Positions 52,798 through 62,842 of a stretch of DNA of 64,000 bases are shown piece after piece. Within the stretch, counting starts at the first letter, position 1, and each line of letters opens with the position of its first letter. The DNA comes from an uncultured Gammaproteobacteria bacterium. Its GTDB lineage: Bacteria; Pseudomonadota; Gammaproteobacteria; Steroidobacterales; BM003. Location of the stretch: positions 455,641 through 519,640 of the forward strand of contig CAWAOM010000006.1 of assembly GCA_963783695.1 (NCBI GenBank). Reading direction: 5' to 3'. The notes beneath the pieces were generated by a model. That model searched no databases. It was not told where the DNA came from and was given only the letters and a program-made list of their open reading frames with translations. The position numbers were made by a program, and so were the translations under genes.

Positions 52798-53790
52798 GTG
52801 AAAACCCGCGCAATCCGGATCCACGCCCATGGCGGACCCGAGGTCCTGCAATACGAGACCCTCGATATCGGGGAGCCCGGAGCGGGCGAAGCACGAATCC
52901 GCAATTCTGCGGTCGGACTGAATTTCATCGATGTCTACAGCCGCAGCGGTCTGTATCCAGTCGCGGGGCTGCCGAGCGGTCTCGGCTTCGAGGGAGCAGG
53001 CATCGTCGATGCCATCGGCGCCGGCGTAAGCAACGTCGCTCCGGGAGATCGCGTGGCATATGCCACGGGCCCGGCGGGGGCCTACGCAGAGGTACGAAAC
53101 CTGCCGGCCGCGCACCTGCTCAGGCTACCGCCCGAAATTGACGAACGCAGGGCGGCCGCAATGATGCTGAAGGGGATGACCGCGCAGTATCTGATCCACA
53201 GCACCTTTGCGGTAAAACCCGGTGATCACGTGCTTTTCCATGCCGCCGCGGGCGGCGTAGGCTCGATTGCATGCCAGTGGCTGAACGCGATGGGCGCAAT
53301 CGTAATCGGGACTGTTGGCTCCGCCGAGAAGGCCGCTCTGGCTCGGGCCAGGGGCTGCGCCCACACGATCAATTATCGCGATGAGCACATCTCATCACGG
53401 GTGCGCGAGATCACCGGTGGAGACGGCGTGGCGGTGGTGTATGACTCGGTCGGCGCCGCGACTTTCGAGGCGTCACTGGACGCGCTGCGTTCGCGCGGTC
53501 TGATGGTGAGTTTCGGTAATGCCTCGGGGCCGGTGCCGCCATTTGCGCCAGCGATCCTGGCGCAAAAAGGATCGCTGTACCTGACCCGCCCCACTTTGTT
53601 CGACTATGTCGCGAAACGGCACGACCTGGTGGCATGCGCAGAAGACCTGTTTGCTGCGGTGATTAGCGGTGCGGTAAAGATCGAGATTGGACAGACCTAC
53701 CCGCTCGCCGCCACCGCGCAGGCACATCGCGACCTGGAAAGCCGCAAAACCACCGGCTCGACAATCCTGCTCCCGGAAGACGCGGGCTGA
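52798..53790 (+). CDS. qor: NADPH:quinone oxidoreductase (zeta-crystallin / MDR family)
   Basis: 330-aa ORF with a GTG start. Motifs include GLNFIDVYSRSGLYP and the AAGGVGS nucleotide-binding motif. Confidence 0.88.
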   Translation: MKTRAIRIHAHGGPEVLQYETLDIGEPGAGEARIRNSAVGLNFIDVYSRSGLYPVAGLPSGLGFEGAGIVDAIGAGVSNVAPGDRVAYATGPAGAYAEVRNLPAAHLLRLPPEIDERRAAAMMLKGMTAQYLIHSTFAVKPGDHVLFHAAAGGVGSIACQWLNAMGAIVIGTVGSAEKAALARARGCAHTINYRDEHISSRVREITGGDGVAVVYDSVGAATFEASLDALRSRGLMVSFGNASGPVPPFAPAILAQKGSLYLTRPTLFDYVAKRHDLVACAEDLFAAVISGAVKIEIGQTYPLAATAQAHRDLESRKTTGSTILLPEDAG

Positions 53791-54863
53791 TGAAGCAACC
53801 GCGGCCACAAACCCAGCGCTATTTTCAGACGGGAAACCGTATTCCCGATTTTCGCCGCAACGACCACACGGGCGAGATCGTGATGCTTTATCGCGATCTC
53901 CACCATGGTCAGCCAATACTGTTTCTGCGCAACCCTGGCGCTGCCGAACTGGTCCAGATCAAAAAGACCGTAATGGAGATTGCCGCAGCGCCTGCGCCAT
54001 CGCTGGTCACCCTGATACCGGGCACCGTGACGGATCTGGCCGGTTACCGTATCGCCGCAAGCGAAGACTCGGCGGTTCTTGCCGATGATGGCAGCCTGCT
54101 CGAGGCGCTTCGCGGCTCAGGCCGTGAGAACCCCTGGGGCATCCTGACGGACAACAACCTCAGGGTACTGACCCGGTTGCATGGCCCCCTCTCGCACAGA
54201 AGCGAAGAACTGCGGACCGCGTTGCTGCCCCTCGCACCGGTCGATCCGCTGCAGGTCTCGGGACCCGCGCCGGTGCTGGTAATACCGCGGGCGTTGGATA
54301 CCGGTTTTTGCGATGAACTGATTGCCGAATTTGAATCGCGCGGCGGACAACCCTCCGGGATTTTTGTGTTTGAGAATGGCAAACGAACCTGGCGGCCCGA
54401 CCCCAACGTCAAGGATCGCAGCGATGTCTATATCCATGACGGCGACCTGTACGAGAGGATTCAAAGTGAACTCGCGCGAACCGTACTGCCAGAGATCCAG
54501 CGCGCGTTTCACTACCGGGTCAACCGGCACGAACCGTTCAAACTGATTTGTTACCGCTCCGAAAGCGGTGGCTACTTCCGTCCGCACCGGGACAACGTCA
54601 GTCATGACGCATGGTACCGCCGGTTTGCGATGACAATAAATCTGAATACGGGCGACTATGAGGGCGGCGAACTGCGTTTCCCGGAGTACGGCCCGCACCG
54701 GTATCGGCCGGAGCGCGGCGGAGCGGTCGTCTTCTCTTGCTCACTGGTCCACGAAGCACTGCCGGTGACGGCCGGCAAACGCTATGCGTTATTGTCGTTT
54801 TTCTTCGATGACGCCGCCGAGCAGGCGGCGATACGGGCAGGCGGAAAACCAGCACCGCAGTAA
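53790..54863 (+). CDS. 2OG-Fe(II) oxygenase (prolyl-hydroxylase-like) with N-terminal thioredoxin-fold-like extension
   Basis: 357-aa ORF. Its ATG overlaps the qor stop (TGATG). The C-terminal half has FRPHRDN (HxD), YEGGELRF and VHEALPVTAGKRYALLSF. The N-terminal ~130 aa resembles an AhpC/TSA-type fold opening (IPDF...GEIVML...GQPILFL) but has no Cys. Confidence 0.8.
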   Translation: MKQPRPQTQRYFQTGNRIPDFRRNDHTGEIVMLYRDLHHGQPILFLRNPGAAELVQIKKTVMEIAAAPAPSLVTLIPGTVTDLAGYRIAASEDSAVLADDGSLLEALRGSGRENPWGILTDNNLRVLTRLHGPLSHRSEELRTALLPLAPVDPLQVSGPAPVLVIPRALDTGFCDELIAEFESRGGQPSGIFVFENGKRTWRPDPNVKDRSDVYIHDGDLYERIQSELARTVLPEIQRAFHYRVNRHEPFKLICYRSESGGYFRPHRDNVSHDAWYRRFAMTINLNTGDYEGGELRFPEYGPHRYRPERGGAVVFSCSLVHEALPVTAGKRYALLSFFFDDAAEQAAIRAGGKPAPQ

Positions 54864-54933
54864 GGTGGAAACCGCGGCGGATGCGCAACCCGGGCCGGCG
54901 ACGAACCGGCAACGACCCGGCAACGGTGCAAGA

Positions 54934-55791
54934 CTAATCGGGAATGGCCTGCAGCTTGTACAGCGCTACAAGGACGGGATGCGGCGTGGGCGACAGTTCG
55001 CTGAACCAGCGCTGATATAGCTTCATGATCTTGCCACTGGAAAACAACCGCGACAGCGCCGTGTTGGCGGCCAGCAGAAAATCAGCATCGTCGCGCCTGA
55101 CCACCAGCGCATACGGTTCGTAGGAAAACGTACCTTCGATCATTGCGTAGCGCTCACCGTCGGTGTCGCGCAGGGCCTGTGCGGCAAGAACAACCTGGTC
55201 CGCCGCATAGGCAGCGACCTTGCCTTCATTCAGCAGGCGCATGCCCTCGGTATGGGTCGGCACCTCGAGCACCGTCGCCGCGATCATCTCATTGGCAAGA
55301 AACTGCGACAGCGCCGCCTGGGTGGTAGTCCCGCTGGTCACCGCGACACTTTTGCCCTGCAAGCCGAACAGCGACTCGATACCCGACTCGGCAGTGGTCA
55401 GCAACGTTCCTCCGGTGACAAACGTAAGGTGGGTAAATTCCACCTGTTTTTGCCGCGACAGGGTCCGTGTTGTCGCCCCGCATTCGATATCGACACGACC
55501 GCTGGCGACGGAATCCAGCCGATTTTCGCTGGTTACCGGCACATAGCGAATTTCCAGCTTTTCCAGATTGAGCTGCTCCTGAACGGAACGCGCAATTACC
55601 CGGCACAGGTCGATCGAAAAGCCTTCGACCACCTCGGCGTCTGTCAAATAGGAAAACGGCGGAGTATTGCCACGATAACCCAGCACAATCTGCCCGGTTT
55701 CCCTGATTTTCGCGAGTGTGCCCGATTCCGCCGCGACAAACGCCGGAATGCCCATAAAACAACAAGTTATAAACAGGATGATCTGCTTCAA
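54934..55791 (-). CDS. Amino-acid ABC transporter substrate-binding protein (family 3)
   Basis: 285-aa ORF with a signal peptide and typical family motifs (LGYRGNTPPFSY, GFSIDLCRVIA, DIECGATT). Confidence 0.85.
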   Translation of the reverse strand: MKQIILFITCCFMGIPAFVAAESGTLAKIRETGQIVLGYRGNTPPFSYLTDAEVVEGFSIDLCRVIARSVQEQLNLEKLEIRYVPVTSENRLDSVASGRVDIECGATTRTLSRQKQVEFTHLTFVTGGTLLTTAESGIESLFGLQGKSVAVTSGTTTQAALSQFLANEMIAATVLEVPTHTEGMRLLNEGKVAAYAADQVVLAAQALRDTDGERYAMIEGTFSYEPYALVVRRDDADFLLAANTALSRLFSSGKIMKLYQRWFSELSPTPHPVLVALYKLQAIPD

Positions 55792-55913
55792 GACTCAGTT
55801 ACCTTTGTGATTGCAGGCCGGAAAGATCTGTGAGCCGACCTGCCCTGCCCCAATTCAGGGGCCAAGCATAGCCGCCACCGCGAGTTCTGCAAACCCGGGC
55901 ACGCAGCCGCCGC

Positions 55914-57899
55914 TCATCCGCCAATCCCATGCTTGCCCAGCGAAACCCGTAACGGCTCCAGCCATGGTTCGTAATTGCGCCAGCGCCCGACCGAGCGGCG
56001 GTAGATCGGTTCGCGCACTTGCCAGGCGCTCAGCGTTCGTACCGCGCCGCCGCGCTGATGAAAATCGAGGCAGCCGGGTTCCCAATCCAGCCCGAGAAAA
56101 TCGAGCAGGGAGCGCACCTCGTTCTCGGGTGAATCGACCAGTGTCTCGTAGCGCAGCGTGTGGACACGTCCGATATCGCAGGTGCTCCAGTGTTGCATCA
56201 GCCGCGAATACTGCGCATAGACAAAGCCGATATCCTCGAGATCATTGAAAACGTACGCTCGCGTGGCAAAAGAACCGAAAAACAGCGACAGGCCGTTATC
56301 CATGGGATCGCGCACGCAGTGGACTATCCGCGCCTGCGGGAAAAGCAGGCGCAAAAAACCGATGTAATTGAAATTGAATGGCAACTTGTCCACGACCCGG
56401 CTCGCGCCGGGGTCAGCAATGGCTTCGACCTGCTGCAGATACTCGCGCGCAAGCTCTACCCGCTCGTCAGCACCCAGCGCGGCCACGGTGGCCGGCAACT
56501 GGCTGCGCAAAGCGGCATCGCCGAAGCGCTGATTAAAAATATCGGACATGGCCTTGATTTCACCGACACCGTCGGCGTTCGGGTGAGCGCGAATGATCTG
56601 TTCAGCCAGCGTCGTGCCGCTTCGCGGCATGCCGAGCACGAAAACCGGCAATTCCGAATCGCAGCCGCCAGCTTGTGCGCTGCTAAACAATGATGCGGGG
56701 AACGCATCGATAATCGTGTCGACAAATTCGCTGAGATCATCGCGATCGAGACGTTGGACCTCGTGCTGTATCTCATTGGCGGCGGCATATGAGGCAAACG
56801 CTTCGTGGTAGTCACCCCGCTCATCGCAGATTTTCCCGAGCGCAAAATGCAGCCCCGCGCGCTTGTCGTCGTCGAGTCCGCCGCGGTGTAACAAGGCCCG
56901 AATCGCCGCCTCTTCTTCCGAGCCGGGCGTATCGAACCGCCGCATCTGAGCCAGCAATCGCCACGCATCTGCCGCGTGCTCGGGATCGGGTATCGCACGC
57001 CGCAATGCTACTGTGGCCTCCTCCTTTTGCCCGAGCAGGTACAGCGTCGCACCAAGCTCGAACTGAACCGGCAAACTGTCCGGATCCTGCGCCTCGGCGT
57101 GCTGCAAACGGGCGAGCGCTGCGTCGAATGTACCGGCATCGCGTTCGATGCGGGCAAGTTCCAGCAACGACGGCACATGGTCGGGATCGCGGTTCAGTGC
57201 CTCGGTAAGTGCCTCAACAGCCGCAGCGGACTTGCCTGCCCCAATGCGTGACGCCGCGATGCCAAACCAGCCTTCCGCCGGCCGCGGGTCGATAGCCACG
57301 GCACGGGAAAAAGCCGACTCGGCGTCGCCAAATCGCTGCTGACGGAGTTTGAGGTTGCCGAGATTCTGCCAGCCAATCCGGTTGTCGGGTTGCGCCGCGA
57401 CGATTGCCTGATAAGCGATAATTGCCGCATCGAAGCGCTCGAGCTCGACAAGGCGCCGGCCAAGTTGATTCCATGCGCCGAGGTGATGGGGCGCAAGACG
57501 CACGCAGGCCTCGAACGCACGAATCGCCTCATCGAGCTTGCCATCTTCGACCAGAACACGGCCGAGCAGGTAACAACATTCGGGCGCTTTCGGTTGTAAC
57601 GACAATGCGCGGCGAAAAGCCTCGGCCGCCGCACCCCACTGACCACGATCGGCCAGCAGGCGGCCGAGCCCGATATGAAACCCGGGCCGCTCCGGTTGCG
57701 TCTCGACCGCCTGTCGGAGCAGCTCCGCGGCCTCGTCGCGGCGGCCTTCCTGGTGCGTCAGAATTCCGAGCAGATGCAAGGCGTCGGGCTGACCCGGATT
57801 CTCGGCCAGCACCTGGCGATAAATCTTTTCCGCTTCCGCGACACGTCCGGACCGGTGCATTTGACTGGCTTCGGCCAGCTTATGTTGGATCGTTTCCAT
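55914..57899 (-). CDS. TPR-repeat protein with C-terminal sulfotransferase domain
   Basis: The ORF at 58097 was trimmed to METIQHKLAEA. About 10 TPR units are followed by VLGMPRSGTTLAEQI (the 5'-PSB PAPS-binding loop) and the rest of a sulfotransferase fold. Confidence 0.85.
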   Translation of the reverse strand: METIQHKLAEASQMHRSGRVAEAEKIYRQVLAENPGQPDALHLLGILTHQEGRRDEAAELLRQAVETQPERPGFHIGLGRLLADRGQWGAAAEAFRRALSLQPKAPECCYLLGRVLVEDGKLDEAIRAFEACVRLAPHHLGAWNQLGRRLVELERFDAAIIAYQAIVAAQPDNRIGWQNLGNLKLRQQRFGDAESAFSRAVAIDPRPAEGWFGIAASRIGAGKSAAAVEALTEALNRDPDHVPSLLELARIERDAGTFDAALARLQHAEAQDPDSLPVQFELGATLYLLGQKEEATVALRRAIPDPEHAADAWRLLAQMRRFDTPGSEEEAAIRALLHRGGLDDDKRAGLHFALGKICDERGDYHEAFASYAAANEIQHEVQRLDRDDLSEFVDTIIDAFPASLFSSAQAGGCDSELPVFVLGMPRSGTTLAEQIIRAHPNADGVGEIKAMSDIFNQRFGDAALRSQLPATVAALGADERVELAREYLQQVEAIADPGASRVVDKLPFNFNYIGFLRLLFPQARIVHCVRDPMDNGLSLFFGSFATRAYVFNDLEDIGFVYAQYSRLMQHWSTCDIGRVHTLRYETLVDSPENEVRSLLDFLGLDWEPGCLDFHQRGGAVRTLSAWQVREPIYRRSVGRWRNYEPWLEPLRVSLGKHGIGG

Positions 57900-58018
57900 C
57901 GCGCGATTATACCGACTGCGCGGGTGGACAAACGGTTGCCGCCCGCACGCGCGTAAACCCCCTGCTGCTGCTACACTCGCGGCTTCTTCTGCCACCCATT
58001 TTTCCCGACCCGAATCCC

Positions 58019-59077
58019 ATGCATCCAGACAGCGAGGGAAGGCTGTGGTTAAGACAGGTCTTGCCGACTCTGCCTGTCGACCCGTCGCTTTACCCACAAC
58101 AGATCGATCTCGAACAGAAACTGGCCCTGATGATCCAGATGGCCGAAACGGATTACGAGCAGGCCGCGTTCCTCGATGAGCGGATCATTTCGGCCTCGAC
58201 CCGCGGCAGCTGGCTGCCGTTGCGCGGGCTTGTGGATCTGCGCGGGCGGATCAGATGTCACCGGCCGCCGGCGTGGCTGTTCCATATCGGCCATTGCGGA
58301 TCGACGCTGATCTCGCGACTGCTTGGGGCTCACCCGAATGTACTGGCGCTGCGCGAGCCAGGCGTGCTGCAGGCGCTGGCGTATTCCCGCCGCACGGCTG
58401 CCGCAGAGTGCGGGCCGGAGTTATTCGAGTTATGCGTGGCACTGCTATCACGCAGCTATCACGAATCCCAGCGCGCGCTGATCAAGCCGACCTCCGACTG
58501 CAGTAATCTGATCGAACCGCTTCTCGAGCATGACAGCACAGCTCCAGCGATCCTGCTTTTCGTTGGACTCGACACCTACGCTGCGACGATGCTGCGAGCA
58601 ACGGCGCTGCGCCGCGATGTTGAAACCCGCCATCCGGCTCGGATAGAGGACTTCGAAAAGCGCCTGGGCGCATCTGTCGGAGCGTGCTCGGACGATGCCC
58701 GGCGGGTAGCGGTCAGCTGGCTTGCCAGTATGAGTGCCTTCGCCGACGCCGCCGCCAGTTTCGGTAACCGTGTGATGTGGCTGGATTTCGACGACTTTTT
58801 GGCCCGGCCCGGGCAGCGTCTTGGCGAAGCCGCGGCATTTCTCGACACTCCGTACACGGCCCACGAGACGACCGCGCTCGTCAATGGGCCGCTGCTGAGG
58901 CGCTACTCCAAAAATCTCGACAAGGGCTACAGCGAGGCCATTCGCAACCAACAATTGAGCGACTCACGCGATCGCTACGGCAACGAAATCGCCACGACAC
59001 TGAACTTCGCCGAACACCTCGCCGCCCGATTCGAAAAAATCGCGGCTCTGCAACGGCGGTTTCAAAGTGCCGGCTGA
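58019..59077 (+). CDS. Hypothetical protein, possible divergent sulfotransferase-fold (P-loop-like HIGHCGSTLISRLL)
   Basis: The ORF at 57422 was trimmed to MHPDSEGRLW (ATG at 58019). It is divergent from the TPR-sulfotransferase gene across 119 nt. The family call is weak. Confidence 0.55.
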   Translation: MHPDSEGRLWLRQVLPTLPVDPSLYPQQIDLEQKLALMIQMAETDYEQAAFLDERIISASTRGSWLPLRGLVDLRGRIRCHRPPAWLFHIGHCGSTLISRLLGAHPNVLALREPGVLQALAYSRRTAAAECGPELFELCVALLSRSYHESQRALIKPTSDCSNLIEPLLEHDSTAPAILLFVGLDTYAATMLRATALRRDVETRHPARIEDFEKRLGASVGACSDDARRVAVSWLASMSAFADAAASFGNRVMWLDFDDFLARPGQRLGEAAAFLDTPYTAHETTALVNGPLLRRYSKNLDKGYSEAIRNQQLSDSRDRYGNEIATTLNFAEHLAARFEKIAALQRRFQSAG

Positions 59078-59285
59078 CGAAGTTCCGGATGTCGCCTTTA
59101 CGGCGGCGCCGAGCCAATCCGTGCGGCAAGTGTCTGGACTCCGGGAGAACCTGCCGGTAGAGTGCCCGGTCTGAACGAATTGCCTCCCGGCCCGACTGCC
59201 GCCTGCCGCGCCGCTACACTTGCGAGGCCGCTCATCCCGAGCGGGTACGAGAGCGCCAGACACCGGTCACATGCACGGAGTTACC

Positions 59286-60656
59286 ATGCTCAAACGAATC
59301 GTTTTCCTGGCGGCGCTGTCATCGCTGGCTGTGCTGATCGGCTGTAACAGCAGTGGCGCCAGTATCTTTTATCTGCAGGGTTTCAACCTGCTATCGGATG
59401 GTCCGCAGTTATCGTTCCGGCAAAATGGCCTCACGGTGTCAAATGGCCTGCCTTACGGTACTTCGAGCGGATTCCTGCCCGGCACGATTGTCGGCAGCAA
59501 GAGAATCGAAGTTCAACCGGTTTTCGCCGATCTGAGTCTCGGCGATGCGATAATCGATACTAATGTAGACGTTAGCAAGGACATCGAAACGACCCTGGTC
59601 ATTGCCGGCCATTATGACGAACCCGAGCTAATCGTCGTGACGGCCGACAGGCGACGCCGGCCAATCTCCGAGGTTTACTTTCAATTCGTCCATGCCGTGC
59701 TGGCCCAGGATACGATCGACGTCTATGTGACTGCCCCCGACGTTGATCTTTCTACGACGGCGCCGCTGACCACCATTGCGCAATACGATTTTTCGACGTC
59801 CATGCAAATCCCGTTTGGGGAGTATGTGATTTCCGTCACGCCGGCGGGCAATCCGGGACAAGTGATCTATGCATCCGATGTTCTGACGTTCGTTGATTTC
59901 CCGGAGACCGATCTCGACGGAGTAGAATGGCTGATCGCGGTGGTGGACAACCAGTCCATCGGCGACTCGTCGCTTCGTCTGTTCGTGTCCAGCGAAAACG
60001 GCGGTTTCGCACTGGATGCTGAGGGCACCGGCTCGGCGTTGCGAGTCGGTAATGCCTCACCCGGCGCCCCCGCGCTGGATACCTTCATCGACGACGATTT
60101 CAGTGCCCCGCTGACCAGCAACACCGGTTACGCGGAGCGCTCCCCGGTTACGCCAATCCCGGCCGCCGAAGTGAAAGTGAGCGTCACAGCAACCGCAACC
60201 ACCGACCCGATCATTAGCGAGTACCAGCGTGAGTATCTGCAATCCAATATTTACGATTCGATACTGGTTCGCCCACTCGACGAAATAACCAATCTGACTT
60301 TTGCCGGGAATCCCAGAAGCGTCATTACCGATGGCAAAATGCGCTTTGCCAACGTCTCACCGGACACCTCGTTCATTTCTGTCTACCTGGCCGACAGCGG
60401 TTCATCGGATCTGGATGAAAATGACCTTATCGTCAGGGATTTGCCATTCCCGGCCGCGACCGACTACCTGCGGCTGTTGCCTGGCGACTACTCGCTGATC
60501 ATTACCGACCGCTCGAGCACCGACAATGAGACGATCATCTTCGGACCGATACCCTACGAGTTTGTTGGCGGCGAAGTACAGACCGGCCTGATCATTCTTC
60601 CCGAGTCCGGCGGCAACGAGGAAGAACTCCTGGTCTACGACGATCTGCTGCCCTAG
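59286..60656 (+). CDS. Lipoprotein with diverged DUF4397-type repeats
   Basis: The ORF at 59220 was trimmed to MLKRIVFLAALSSLAVLIGC (lipobox). Repeat openings are FVHAVLAQDTIDVYV, VGNASPGAPALDTFI and FANVSPDTSFISVYL. Confidence 0.6.
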   Translation: MLKRIVFLAALSSLAVLIGCNSSGASIFYLQGFNLLSDGPQLSFRQNGLTVSNGLPYGTSSGFLPGTIVGSKRIEVQPVFADLSLGDAIIDTNVDVSKDIETTLVIAGHYDEPELIVVTADRRRRPISEVYFQFVHAVLAQDTIDVYVTAPDVDLSTTAPLTTIAQYDFSTSMQIPFGEYVISVTPAGNPGQVIYASDVLTFVDFPETDLDGVEWLIAVVDNQSIGDSSLRLFVSSENGGFALDAEGTGSALRVGNASPGAPALDTFIDDDFSAPLTSNTGYAERSPVTPIPAAEVKVSVTATATTDPIISEYQREYLQSNIYDSILVRPLDEITNLTFAGNPRSVITDGKMRFANVSPDTSFISVYLADSGSSDLDENDLIVRDLPFPAATDYLRLLPGDYSLIITDRSSTDNETIIFGPIPYEFVGGEVQTGLIILPESGGNEEELLVYDDLLP

Positions 60657-60904
60657 CTTTGCGCGCCAAGGCGTGCGAGCGGTTTCTGCAGCCGTTGCAT
60701 ATATGGCAATCTTTGGCGACAGGCGTGTCGTCTGCCCCGCCATGCCGGCCAGCGGGTCGGCCGCAATGACCATGCGGTGCCGCGCAATGGCAGCCTCCGC
60801 GCCAATGGCGCCCTGACACCCGGTCGTTACAAGGCTCGCCGACATCCTCTCTTCAGCCAGCGTTGGGACGATCAATTCATGACCCCGAGCTTCGGAAAAC
60901 AGCA

Positions 60905-62041
60905 ATGACACGCCGCGTCGCTCATCTGACCAGCGTCCATCCCTGGACTGATCCGCGTATCTTTCACAAGATGTGCGTTTCGCTTGCGCAATCCGGTTAC
61001 GACGTTCATCTTGTCGCGGCACGCGGTCCCGTACCGGCATCGGAGCAGGTCGATGGCGTGACGCTGCATTTGCTGCCGCGTCCGCGCAATCGGCTGCAGC
61101 GCATGACCCGCACCGCGTGGCAGGTCTACCGCAAGGCGCTGACACTCGACGCCCGGATCTGTCACTTCCACGACCCGGAGCTGATTCCGGTAGGCGTCCT
61201 GCTACGCCTGCATGGACGCAAGGTTATTTTTGACGTCCACGAAGACATGCCGAAAAGAGTCCTCGACCGGCAATGGATACCCGGACTTCTGCGCCGGCCG
61301 GCAGGCTGGCTGATCGCGCTGGCGCAAAAGACCGCAGGCGCGGTCTATGACGCGGTGGTCACTGCCACGCCAACCATCGCCGAACGCTTCAATCCCGCCA
61401 CGACCGTCGCCGTTCGCAACTTCCCGTCTCTTGCAGAATTTCCCGATCCTGCCGACGACTGGTCAAGGAAAAATCCCGCCATTGCTTTTATCGGCACAAT
61501 CGATGTTTCACGCGGCGTTCTCGAACTCATCCGCGGTTTCGCCCAATCAGCGATCAATTCCAACGCCCGCCTGGTTATCGCCGGGAGACGTCAGGGCGGC
61601 GAGTACGATGCAGAGATCGACGCCGCAGCGCAAGGACTGAATGTTGAATTTCCGGGCTACCTCGACCGGTTACAGGTGCAGCAACTGCTCGACGATTCGA
61701 TGATTGGAGCAATAACCAACCTGCCGAGCGAGACCGCAAACGAAGCCATCTCGACCAAGATGTTCGAGTACATGGCTGCAGGAATACCGGTTGTAACGAC
61801 CAATATGCCGTTATGGGCCGAGGTGGTTGAGCGCCACCGCTGTGGCGTCGCGGTGGATCCTTTCGATCCGGCGGCGGTTGCCCGCGCGCTCGATGACCTG
61901 CTCAGCGATACTGATCGTGCAATCGGCGCAGGCCGCAACGGTCGCAAAGCCATCGAGGAACACTACAACTGGGCAGGAGAGTTTGCTGTCCTGCTCGATG
62001 TCTATGAAAAACTCATCGGTAAATCGATCGCGACTTCGTGA
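60905..62041 (+). CDS. Glycosyltransferase, GT4 (GT-B fold) family
   Basis: The ORF at 60863 was trimmed to MTRRVAHLTSVHPWTDPRIFHKM. It has the C-terminal E..K..EYMAAGIPVV motif. Confidence 0.85.
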   Translation: MTRRVAHLTSVHPWTDPRIFHKMCVSLAQSGYDVHLVAARGPVPASEQVDGVTLHLLPRPRNRLQRMTRTAWQVYRKALTLDARICHFHDPELIPVGVLLRLHGRKVIFDVHEDMPKRVLDRQWIPGLLRRPAGWLIALAQKTAGAVYDAVVTATPTIAERFNPATTVAVRNFPSLAEFPDPADDWSRKNPAIAFIGTIDVSRGVLELIRGFAQSAINSNARLVIAGRRQGGEYDAEIDAAAQGLNVEFPGYLDRLQVQQLLDDSMIGAITNLPSETANEAISTKMFEYMAAGIPVVTTNMPLWAEVVERHRCGVAVDPFDPAAVARALDDLLSDTDRAIGAGRNGRKAIEEHYNWAGEFAVLLDVYEKLIGKSIATS

Positions 62042-62114
62042 GCAACGGGCGGGCGCGGGTTGGCGGCGCCCTGCGCGGCCAGCCAATATCATCAGACTGA
62101 CTGCCCAGGGGCAC

Positions 62115-62143
62115 AAAAAAGCCCCGCCGAACGGCGAGGCTTT
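62115..62143. terminator. Possible bidirectional terminator between convergent genes
   Basis: AAAAAAGCCCCGCC-GAAC-GGCGAGGCTTT. The stem has one mismatch and is flanked by an A-run and a T-run. Confidence 0.45.
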
Positions 62144-62167
62144 AACCGCCAGTATCAACGAAATTTT

Positions 62168-62641
62168 TTAGTCGGGCATGGCCACCGGCGCGAAATTGGC
62201 GTGCACCAGCATCCAGTTGCCGTTCTGCTTTATGTAGACACGGGTGGATTTCGCCGCAATAGGCTCATTCTGGCCATCCTTGTTCTGGCCGACGCCGATA
62301 TAGTTGTAGGTGAGAATCGCGGTGTCGCCGTAAATCTGTACCTTTTCGTTGGTCATCTCCGAGGCGATCGTCTTCGAACCGTCTTTCAGCGCGGCTTCCG
62401 CCAGCGTCATACTGAGCGCCTTGCCGTCGAGTCGGGTCGGGTAGGCCGGGTTGAACTCCGTGTAATCGTCGGCAACGGTCTCCATCTGCCTGGTCGCCGA
62501 AGCCATGCTGATGCCGGCCGCCCACTGCGCCTTGGCAGCGGCGATAACATCGGCGGCATCGTCAGCCATTGCACTGGATACACCGAGGCAATAAACGGCA
62601 GCCATTGAAAACGCCGCCACTGTGATTCTTGTTCTTTTCAT
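62168..62641 (-). CDS. Secreted SnoaL-like / DUF4440 (NTF2-fold) protein
   Basis: 157-aa ORF with a signal peptide (..GVSSAMA/DD). The C-terminal YIKQNGNWMLVHANF is typical of the fold. Confidence 0.7.
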   Translation of the reverse strand: MKRTRITVAAFSMAAVYCLGVSSAMADDAADVIAAAKAQWAAGISMASATRQMETVADDYTEFNPAYPTRLDGKALSMTLAEAALKDGSKTIASEMTNEKVQIYGDTAILTYNYIGVGQNKDGQNEPIAAKSTRVYIKQNGNWMLVHANFAPVAMPD

Positions 62642-62842
62642 TAAAACACTCCCAAATGCCCTGCTGTTTTGCAGGATGCACTAACCATAGACGACAACCG
62701 CCATTTTGCGAGTCTCACACCGGGCGCAACGAAAAACTCCCGGCATTGCGCAGTAATGCGTGTTCTTATAGTCTTTTCTCCCCATATACTGTGAGTCATT
62801 CTCGCGCAATCGGGCTATCCCACCAGCGAAAACCGCATCGAT

